Shown one piece after another: positions 1-6,326 of a stretch of 17,384 nt of DNA. The number at the start of each line of letters is the position of its first letter. Positions within the stretch are counted from its first letter, which is position 1. The stretch lies in the IMG/VR virus record IMGVR_UViG_2657244971_000001. One strand, 5' to 3'. The stretch comes from a virus. Its lineage: Duplodnaviria; Heunggongvirae; Uroviricota; Caudoviricetes. The translations under genes and the position numbers were made by a program. The notes below the pieces were generated by a model, which saw nothing but the letters and a program-made list of their open reading frames with translations, was not told the origin of the DNA and made no database searches.

Positions 1-1284
1 TTACTTCTTCGCCTCTGCAACCACTTTGCTACCCACGCCGCGATTATTGTATTCCCACATGCGGTTGTAGTTAGTGTCATTCAGATTGCGCTGTATTTCG
101 TCGCTATCGTCAACGCTGCCGGTATTACCCGCAAATGGACGATTGGAAATCACCGCATCGCCCCACGGTTTAACCGTGTTAAAACCTTCGTTGATGGCGC
201 TATCACGGATCACCACCTGACCGTTGGTATTGGCATCAACATCCAGCGAGCGGCCCAGTTGTGCCACGCCATCACCGGAAGCATTGAAACGGCTGTTTAC
301 GGCGAGGAAACCGTAATAGATGTTGGACAGCGTAGCCGGTGCAAACACATACGCTTCTTGCTGAGTACGTGAGTTCACCACGCGGAATTCGGTGTTATCG
401 AACACCACTGCGCCGCGACCAGAAACGATATCCACATCCCCTTCAATATAGCTGTTGGTCACCAGCGTACGCGGCTGACGGTTGGTTTCCAGACGGTTCT
501 GCACACCGCTGTTGGTGACAAAGAAGGTGTTCTGACGACCGAGAATGTTAACGTTGTTAATCTGTACCTGGTCACCATCAGTACGCAGTGCCACCGCCGG
601 ATGGTTACCTGCATCTACGCTATCGCCCAGCGTGTTTTCGATGGTCAGATTTTGCAGTTGCAGGCCATTGTTTTGTGACCAGAAGACCGCAGAGCAGAGA
701 ACACCGATACTGTCGCTGCGTTTGCTCTGGCAGCTATCGTACATATACCACGCTGGTTTACCTGGCATATATTTGCCGCGCGGGTTGACGTCGTGACGCC
801 AGTCGGTAGGGCTCATGCCACCATCAAGGGAAAGCCCAATCTTCACATCAATCGGTTTTTCACCTGTACCGTACAGAGTAATTCCACCCGGAGCGGCAGG
901 GACATATACCGTTCCCTGATACTCACCAGGCATCACGGCAATATACTGGCGCTTGTTGGTACGCTTGATAATTGCCGCATCTACCGCCGCCTGAATCGTG
1001 GTATGCGTTACACCTTGAGTGCCCGCCGGGCCGACAACAAATTCAGGTTGCGCAGGCAGGGTAATCGGGGAAGGATTCCACGCTGCAGCACCTGGTGTCA
1101 GGGATGCAAAATAGTGTTGAGCATCGAAATTCTGCGCTTCTTTTGCCGACAGAATCGGGCGAGAAGAGGTACCAGGCGCGGTTTGATCAGAAGGACGTTG
1201 ATCGGGCGGGGTTGAGCTACAGGCGGTCAGCGTCACGCCAAAAGCCAATGCCAGCGCCAGACGGGAAACTGAAAATGTGTTCAC
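1..1284 (-). CDS. ybhC: YbhC, outer-membrane lipoprotein of the pectinesterase-like / acyl-CoA thioesterase family; chromosomal gene flanking attB-lambda on the gal side
   Basis: Complete 427-aa ORF with lipoprotein signal peptide (..LTACSS); the protein matches my recollection of E. coli YbhC almost residue for residue; lies immediately outside the att core. Confidence 0.9.
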   Translation of the reverse strand: MNTFSVSRLALALAFGVTLTACSSTPPDQRPSDQTAPGTSSRPILSAKEAQNFDAQHYFASLTPGAAAWNPSPITLPAQPEFVVGPAGTQGVTHTTIQAAVDAAIIKRTNKRQYIAVMPGEYQGTVYVPAAPGGITLYGTGEKPIDVKIGLSLDGGMSPTDWRHDVNPRGKYMPGKPAWYMYDSCQSKRSDSIGVLCSAVFWSQNNGLQLQNLTIENTLGDSVDAGNHPAVALRTDGDQVQINNVNILGRQNTFFVTNSGVQNRLETNRQPRTLVTNSYIEGDVDIVSGRGAVVFDNTEFRVVNSRTQQEAYVFAPATLSNIYYGFLAVNSRFNASGDGVAQLGRSLDVDANTNGQVVIRDSAINEGFNTVKPWGDAVISNRPFAGNTGSVDDSDEIQRNLNDTNYNRMWEYNNRGVGSKVVAEAKK

Positions 1285-1320
1285 AGGTTGCTCCGGGCTA
1301 TGAAATAGAAAAATGAATCC

Positions 1321-1425
1321 GTTGAAGCCTGCTTTTTTATACTAAGTTGGCATTATAAAAAAGCATTGCTTATCAATTTGTTGCAACGAACAGGTCACTA
1401 TCAGTCAAAATAAAATCATTATTTG
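1321..1425. other. attL: lambda-type attachment site attL: bacterial B arm, 15-bp core GCTTTTTTATACTAA (1331-1345), then phage P' arm with IHF H' site (TATCAATTTGTTG, 1371-1383) and three Int arm-type sites (AGGTCACTAT 1392-1401, CAGTCAAAAT 1402-1411, AAAATCATTA 1412-1421)
   Basis: Sequence GAAGCCTGCTTTTTTATACTAAGTTGGCATTATAAAAAAGCATTGCTTATCAATTTGTTGCAACGAACAGGTCACTATCAGTCAAAATAAAATCATTATTTG matches the attB left arm fused to the lambda attP P' arm as I recall them; int ends inside the P' arm as in lambda. Confidence 0.9.
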
Positions 1426-2489
1426 ATTTCAATTTTGTCCCACTCCCTGCCTCTGTCATCACGATACTGTGATGCCATGGTGTCCGACTTATGCCCGAGA
1501 AGATGTTGAGCAAACTTATCGCTTATCTGCTTCTCATAGAGTCTTGCAGACAAACTGCGCAACTCGTGAAAGGTAGGCGGATCCCCTTCGAAGGAAAGAC
1601 CTGATGCTTTTCGTGCGCGCATAAAATACCTTGATACTGTGCCGGATGAAAGCGGTTCACGACGAGTAGATGCAATTATGGTTTCTCCGCCAAGAATCTC
1701 TTTGCATTTATCAAGTGTTTCCTTCATTGATATCCCGAGAGCATCAACATGCAATGTTGTTGGGATGGCAATTTTTACGCCTGTTTTGCTTTGCTCGACA
1801 TAAAGATATCCATCTACGATATCAGACCACTTCATTTCGCATAAATCACCAACTCGTTGCCCGGTAACAACAGCCAGTTCCATTGCAAGTCTGAGCCAAC
1901 ATGGTGATGATTCTGCTGCTTGATAAATTTTCAGGTATTCGTCAGCCGTAAGTCTTGATCTCCTTACCTCTGATTTTGCTGCGCGAGTGGCAGCGACAGG
2001 GTTTGTTGTTATATGGCCTTCAGCTATTGCCTCTCGGAATGCATCGCTCAGTGTTGATCTGATTAACTTGGCTGACGCCGCCTTGCCCTCGTCTATGTAT
2101 CCATTGAGCATTGCCGCAATTTCTTTTGTGGTGATGTCTTCAAGTGGAGCATCAGGCAGACCCCTCCTTATTGCTTTAATTTTGCTCATGTAATTTATGA
2201 GTGTCTTCTGCTTGATTCCTCTGCTGGCCAGGATTTTTTCGTAGCGATCAAGCCATGAATGTAACGTAACGGAATTATCACTGTTGATTCTCGCTGTCAG
2301 AGGCTTGTGTTTGTGTCCTGAAAATAACTCAATGTTGGCCTGTATGGCTTCAGTGATTGCGATTCGCCTGTCTCTGCCTAATCCAAACTCTTTACCCGTC
2401 CTTGGGTCCCTGTAGCAGTAATATCCATTGTTTCTTATATAAAGGTTAGGGGGTAAATCCCGGCGCTCATGACTTCGCCTTCTTCCCAT
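1419..2489 (-). CDS. int: Tyrosine integrase, lambda Int
   Basis: 356-aa ORF; sequence matches lambda Int as recalled, including the C-terminal catalytic region (..HELRSLSARLY..); adjacent to and ending within the att P' arm. Confidence 0.97.
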   Translation of the reverse strand: MGRRRSHERRDLPPNLYIRNNGYYCYRDPRTGKEFGLGRDRRIAITEAIQANIELFSGHKHKPLTARINSDNSVTLHSWLDRYEKILASRGIKQKTLINYMSKIKAIRRGLPDAPLEDITTKEIAAMLNGYIDEGKAASAKLIRSTLSDAFREAIAEGHITTNPVAATRAAKSEVRRSRLTADEYLKIYQAAESSPCWLRLAMELAVVTGQRVGDLCEMKWSDIVDGYLYVEQSKTGVKIAIPTTLHVDALGISMKETLDKCKEILGGETIIASTRREPLSSGTVSRYFMRARKASGLSFEGDPPTFHELRSLSARLYEKQISDKFAQHLLGHKSDTMASQYRDDRGREWDKIEIK

Positions 2490-2685
2490 TTCTGATCCTC
2501 TTCAAAAGGCTACCTGTTACTGGTCGATTTAAGTCAACCTTTACCGCTGATTCGTGGAACAGATATTCTCTTCCATCCTTAACCGGAGGAGGGAATATCC
2601 TGCATTCGCGCACCCATCGACGAACTGTTTCAAGGCTTCTTGGGCGTCGCTGGCGAGCGTTCCACTCCTGAAGTGTCAAGTACAT
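2467..2685 (-). CDS. xis: Excisionase, lambda Xis
   Basis: 72-aa ORF (MYLTLQEWNARQRRPRSLETVRRWVRECRIFPP...) overlapping the int start by 23 nt, as in lambda. Confidence 0.95.
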   Translation of the reverse strand: MYLTLQEWNARQRRPRSLETVRRWVRECRIFPPPVKDGREYLFHESAVKVDLNRPVTGSLLKRIRNGKKAKS

Positions 2686-2712
2686 CGCAAAGTCTCCGCA
2701 ATTACACGCAAG

Positions 2713-2733
2713 AAAAAACCGCCATCAGGCGGC
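2713..2733 (-). terminator. Rho-independent terminator candidate on the minus strand (RNA: GCCGCC-UGAU-GGCGGU followed by UUUUUU), between orf55 and xis
   Basis: Plus-strand AAAAAACCGCCATCAGGCGG; on the minus strand a 5-6 bp GC stem with 4-nt loop and U6 tract; the orf55 stop codon lies in the loop. Confidence 0.55.
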
Positions 2734-2892
2734 TTGGTGTTCTTTCAGTTCTTCAATTCGAATATTGGTTATGTCTGCATGTGCTATCTGCGCCCATATC
2801 ATCCAGTGGTCGTAGCAGTCGTTGATGTTCTCCGCTTCGATAACTCTGTTGAATGGCTCTCCATTCCATTCTCCTGTGACTCGGAAGTGCAT
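2725..2892 (-). CDS. Small lambda early-left ORF of 55 codons between xis and ea8.5 (hypothetical protein)
   Basis: Manually translated minus-strand ORF MHFRVTGEWNGEPFNRVIEAENINDCYDHWMIWAQIAHADITNIRIEELKEHQAA (55 aa); below the length cut-off of the supplied ORF track; position corresponds to the 55-codon ORF annotated in lambda. Confidence 0.5.
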   Translation of the reverse strand: MHFRVTGEWNGEPFNRVIEAENINDCYDHWMIWAQIAHADITNIRIEELKEHQAA

Positions 2893-2980
2893 TTATCATC
2901 TCCATAAAACAAAACCCGCCGTAGCGAGTTCAGATAAAATAAATCCCCGCGAGTGCGAGGATTGTTATGTAATATTGGGT

Positions 2981-3262
2981 TTAATCATCTATATGTTTTG
3001 TACAGAGAGGGCAAGTATCGTTTCCACCGTACTCGTGATAATAATTTTGCACGGTATCAGTCATTTCTCGCACATTGCAGAATGGGGATTTGTCTTCATT
3101 AGACTTATAAACCTTCATGGAATATTTGTATGCCGACTCTATATCTATACCTTCATCTACATAAACACCTTCGTGATGTCTGCATGGAGACAAGACACCG
3201 GATCTGCACAACATTGATAACGCCCAATCTTTTTGCTCAGACTCTAACTCATTGATACTCAT
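2981..3262 (-). CDS. ea8.5: Lambda Ea8.5 protein (function unknown)
   Basis: 93-aa ORF with Cys/His-rich C-terminus; size and position after xis match lambda ea8.5. Confidence 0.85.
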   Translation of the reverse strand: MSINELESEQKDWALSMLCRSGVLSPCRHHEGVYVDEGIDIESAYKYSMKVYKSNEDKSPFCNVREMTDTVQNYYHEYGGNDTCPLCTKHIDD

Positions 3263-3453
3263 TTATAAACTCCTTGCAATGTATGTCGTTTCAGCTAAAC
3301 GGTATCAGCAATGTTTATGTAAAGAAACAGTAAGATAATACTCAACCCGATGTTTGAGTACGGTCATCATCTGACACTACAGACTCTGGCATCGCTGTGA
3401 AGACGACGCGAAATTCAGCATTTTCACAAGCGTTATCTTTTACAAAACCGATC

Positions 3454-4002
3454 TCACTCTCCTTTGATGCGAATGCCAGCGTCAGACATCATATGCAGAT
3501 ACTCACCTGCATCCTGAACCCATTGACCTCCAACCCCGTAATAGCGATGCGTAATGATGTCGATAGTTACTAACGGGTCTTGTTCGATTAACTGCCGCAG
3601 AAACTCTTCCAGGTCACCAGTGCAGTGCTTGATAACAGGAGTCTTCCCAGGATGGCGAACAACAAGAAACTGGTTTCCGTCTTCACGGACTTCGTTGCTT
3701 TCCAGTTTAGCAATACGCTTACTCCCATCCGAGATAACACCTTCGTAATACTCACGCTGCTCGTTGAGTTTTGATTTTGCTGTTTCAAGCTCAACACGCA
3801 GTTTCCCTACTGTTAGCGCAATATCCTCGTTCTCCTGGTCGCGGCGTTTGATGTATTGCTGGTTTCTTTCCCGTTCATCCAGCAGTTCCAGCACAATCGA
3901 TGGTGTTACCAATTCATGGAAAAGGTCTGCGTCAAATCCCCAGTCGTCATGCATTGCCTGCTCTGCCGCTTCACGCAGTGCCTGAGAGTTAATTTCGCTC
4001 AC
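3454..4002 (-). CDS. ea22: Lambda Ea22 protein (coiled-coil protein, function unknown)
   Basis: 182-aa ORF; size, position and sequence as recalled for lambda Ea22. Confidence 0.85.
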   Translation of the reverse strand: MSEINSQALREAAEQAMHDDWGFDADLFHELVTPSIVLELLDERERNQQYIKRRDQENEDIALTVGKLRVELETAKSKLNEQREYYEGVISDGSKRIAKLESNEVREDGNQFLVVRHPGKTPVIKHCTGDLEEFLRQLIEQDPLVTIDIITHRYYGVGGQWVQDAGEYLHMMSDAGIRIKGE

Positions 4003-4220
4003 TTCGAACCTCTCTGTTTACTGATAAGTTCCAGATCCTCCTGGCAACTTGCACAAGTCCGACAACCCTGAACGGCCAAGCGTCTTCGTTCATCTATCGG
4101 ATCGCCACACTCACAACAATGAGTGGCAGATATAGCCTGGTGGTTCAGGCGGCGCATTTTTATTGCTGTGTTGCGCTGTAATTCTTCAATTTCTGATGCT
4201 GAATCAATGATGTCTGCCAT
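3999..4220 (-). CDS. TraR/DksA-type C4 zinc-finger protein (lambda Orf73-like RNA-polymerase-binding factor)
   Basis: 73-aa ORF with CxxC...CxxC motif (CCECGDPIDERRRLAVQGCRTCASC) typical of the TraR/DksA family; start overlaps the ea22 stop by 4 nt. Confidence 0.8.
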   Translation of the reverse strand: MADIIDSASEIEELQRNTAIKMRRLNHQAISATHCCECGDPIDERRRLAVQGCRTCASCQEDLELISKQRGSK

Positions 4221-4273
4221 CTTTCATTAATCCCTGAATTGTTGGTTAATACGCTTGAGGGTGAATGCGAATA

Positions 4274-4297
4274 ATAAAAAAGGAGCCTGTAGCTCCC
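4274..4297 (-). terminator. Rho-independent terminator candidate on the minus strand (RNA: GGGAGC-UACAG-GCUCCU followed by UUUUUU)
   Basis: Plus-strand AAAAAAGGAGCCTGTAGCTCC; hairpin plus U-tract in the direction of early-left transcription, between the orf61-position ORF and orf73. Confidence 0.5.
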
Positions 4298-4318
4298 TGA
4301 TGATTTTGCTTTTCATGT

Positions 4319-4630
4319 TCATCGTTCCTTAAAGACGCCGTTTAACATGCCGATTGCCAGGCTTAAATGAGTCGGTGTGAATCCCATCAGCGTTACCGTT
4401 TCGCGGTGCTTCTTCAGTACGCTACGGCAAATGTCATCGACGTTTTTATCCGGAAACTGCTGTCTGGCTTTTTTGATTTCAGAATTAGCCTGACGGGCAA
4501 TGCTGCGAAGGGCGTTTTCCTGCTGAGGTGTCATTGAACAAGTCCCATGTCGGCAAGCATAAGCACACAGAATATGAAGCCCGCTGCCAGAAAAATGCAT
4601 TCCGTGGTTGTCATACCTGGTCTCTCTCAT
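4319..4630 (-). CDS. Hypothetical protein at the lambda orf61 position, but 103 codons long here
   Basis: ATG at 4628-4630 overlapping the orf63 3' end by 20 nt, as expected for lambda orf61; the reading frame stays open for 103 codons instead of 61. Confidence 0.45.
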   Translation of the reverse strand: MRETRYDNHGMHFSGSGLHILCAYACRHGTCSMTPQQENALRSIARQANSEIKKARQQFPDKNVDDICRSVLKKHRETVTLMGFTPTHLSLAIGMLNGVFKER

Positions 4631-4802
4631 CTGCTTCTGCTTTCGCCACCATCATTTCCAGCTTTTGTGAAAGGGATGCGGCTAACGTATGAAATTCTTC
4701 GTCTGTTTCTACTGGTATTGGCACAAACCTGACTCCAATTTGAGCGAGGCTATGTGCCATCTCGATACTCGTTCTTAACTCAACGGGAGATGCTTTGTGC
4801 AT
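4611..4802 (-). CDS. Lambda Orf63 (hypothetical protein)
   Basis: 63-aa ORF; length and neighbourhood match lambda orf63. Confidence 0.7.
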   Translation of the reverse strand: MHKASPVELRTSIEMAHSLAQIGVRFVPIPVETDEEFHTLAASLSQKLEMMVAKAEADERDQV

Positions 4803-4957
4803 ACAGCTCCCCGTTTATTATTTATCTCCTCAGCCAGCCGCTGTGCTTTCAGGGGATTTCGGATAACAGAAAGGCCGGGAAATACCCAGCCTCGCTTCGT
4901 AACGGAGTAGACGAAAGTGATCGTGCCTACGCGGATATTATCGTGAGGATGTTTCAT
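4775..4957 (-). CDS. Lambda Orf60a (hypothetical protein)
   Basis: 60 codons from the ATG at 4955-4957 (the ORF track extends 2 codons upstream); start overlaps the exo stop by 4 nt. Confidence 0.6.
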   Translation of the reverse strand: MKHPHDNIRVGTITFVYSVTKRGWVFPGLSVIRNPLKAQRLAEEINNKRGAVCTKHLPLS

Positions 4958-5634
4958 CGCCATTGCTCCCCAAATACAAAACCAATTTCAGCCAGTGCCT
5001 CGTCCATTTTTTCGATGAACTCCGGCACCATCTCGTCAAAACTCGCTATATACTTTTCATTCCGCTCAATCACGACATAATGCAGGCCTTCACGCTTCAT
5101 ACGCGGGTCATAGTTGGCAAAGTACCAGGCATCTTTTCGCGTCACCCACATGCTGTACTGCACCTGGGCCATGTAAGCCGACTTTATGGCCTCGAAACCA
5201 CCGAGCCGGAATTTCATGAAATCCCGGGAGGTAAACGGGCATTTCAGCTCAAGGCCATTGCCGTCACTGCATAAACCATCGGGAGAGCAGGCGGTGCGCA
5301 TACTTTCGTCGCGATAGATGATCGGGGATTCAATAACATTTACGCCGGAAGTGAACTCAAACAGGGTTCTGGCGTCGTTCTCGTACTGTTTTCCCCAGGC
5401 CAGCGCTTTAGCGTTAACTTCCGGAGCCACACCGGTGCAAACCTCAGCTAGCAGGGTGTGGAAGTAGGACATTTTCATGTCAGGCCACTTCTTTCCTGAT
5501 CGGGGCTTTGCTATCACGTTGTGAACTTCTGAAGCGGTGATGACGCCGAGCCGTAATTTGTGCCATGCATCATCCCCCTGTTCGACAGCTCTCACGTCGA
5601 TCCCGGTACGCTGCAGGATAATGTCCGGTGTCAT
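4954..5634 (-). CDS. exo: Lambda exonuclease (Red-alpha, 5'-3' dsDNA exonuclease)
   Basis: 226-aa [43 protein letters not shown]... matching lambda Exo as recalled. Confidence 0.95.
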   Translation of the reverse strand: MTPDIILQRTGIDVRAVEQGDDAWHKLRLGVITASEVHNVIAKPRSGKKWPDMKMSYFHTLLAEVCTGVAPEVNAKALAWGKQYENDARTLFEFTSGVNVIESPIIYRDESMRTACSPDGLCSDGNGLELKCPFTSRDFMKFRLGGFEAIKSAYMAQVQYSMWVTRKDAWYFANYDPRMKREGLHYVVIERNEKYIASFDEMVPEFIEKMDEALAEIGFVFGEQWR

Positions 5635-6011
5635 GCTGCCACCTTCTGCTCAGTGGCTTTCTGTTTCAGGAATCCAAGAGCTTTCACTGCTTCGGCCTGT
5701 GTCAGTTCTGACGATGCGCGAATGTCGCGGCGAAATATCTGGGAACAGAGCGGCAATAAGTCGTCATCCCATGTTTTATCCAGGGCGATCAGCAGAGTGT
5801 TAATCTCCTGCATGGTTTCATCGTTAATGGCTTTTTTGCTGGCCCCGTGGCGTTGCAAATGATCGATGCATAGCGATTCAAACAGGTGCTGGGGCAGGCT
5901 TTTTTCCATGTCGTCTGCCAGTTCTGCCTCTTTCTCTTCACGGGCGAGCTGCTGGTAGTGACGCGCCCAGCTCTGAGCCTCAAGACGATCCTGAATGTAA
6001 TAAGCGTTCAT
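5631..6011 (-). CDS. In-frame chimeric ORF: N-terminal ~62 aa like lambda Gam (short form, [43 protein letters not shown]) fused to C-terminal ~64 aa like lambda Bet ([60 protein letters not shown]); probable deletion derivative of gam-bet
   Basis: 126-aa ORF; good Shine-Dalgarno (AGGAG 9 nt upstream of the ATG at 6009-6011); stop overlaps the exo start exactly as the bet stop does in lambda. An in-frame TAA about 19 codons upstream of the ATG excludes a long-form Gam start. Confidence 0.75.
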   Translation of the reverse strand: MNAYYIQDRLEAQSWARHYQQLAREEKEAELADDMEKSLPQHLFESLCIDHLQRHGASKKAINDETMQEINTLLIALDKTWDDDLLPLCSQIFRRDIRASSELTQAEAVKALGFLKQKATEQKVAA

Positions 6012-6326
6012 GGCTGAACTCCTGAAAATGGCTGTGAAAATATCGCCCGCGAAATGCCAGGCTGATTAGGAAAACAGGAAAGGGGGGGTTAGTGATTCAG
6101 GCCGTTACCGCGTCCGTCGAGAAAAACTTCCACGAGCAAATCACTGGTATAAGTGCGCTCGATGCCGCGATGCAGATAAAGCCGTCCGCGTAAATTAGCT
6201 GATGCAGTCCAGGTAACTGTGTTAAGTTCTCGTTAACATTAGGGGTAACATAGGGAGTATAAGATAGTGGAATGCATCATTTTATTGTTGCGAAAATGAT
6301 CGAACCAGCTGGATATCGTGTATCAT

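Noticed and set aside
545-1316. Four plus-strand ORFs (83, 66, 140 and 73 aa) from the ORF track
   Set aside because: They lie entirely antisense within ybhC, which is a well-supported full-length gene; no ribosome-binding sites; typical shadow ORFs of GC-rich coding DNA.
1670-2193. Plus-strand ORFs of 65 and 68 aa inside int
   Set aside because: Antisense to the integrase gene; no independent support.
2554-3217. Plus-strand ORFs of 117, 61 and 131 aa overlapping xis, orf55 and ea8.5
   Set aside because: Antisense to the recognised lambda early-left genes; the 131-aa frame is low-complexity and AT-rich shadow sequence.
3554-4071. ORFs of 64, 69, 73 and 71 aa on both strands within ea22 and orf73
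   Set aside because: Embedded in or antisense to ea22/orf73 in alternative frames; no start-site signals.
4547-5274. Plus-strand ORFs of 61, 108 and 103 aa
   Set aside because: Antisense to orf61/orf63/orf60a/exo.
5537-5983. ORFs of 88 and 100 aa (plus strand) and 64 aa (minus strand) overlapping exo and the gam-bet chimera
   Set aside because: Alternative-frame or antisense overlaps of well-supported ORFs.
6012-6130. Possible long-form Gam start upstream of the ATG at 6011
   Set aside because: An in-frame TAA lies about 19 codons upstream of the ATG and there is no ATG in between; lambda-like sequence ends near 6100, so only the short Gam-type start exists.
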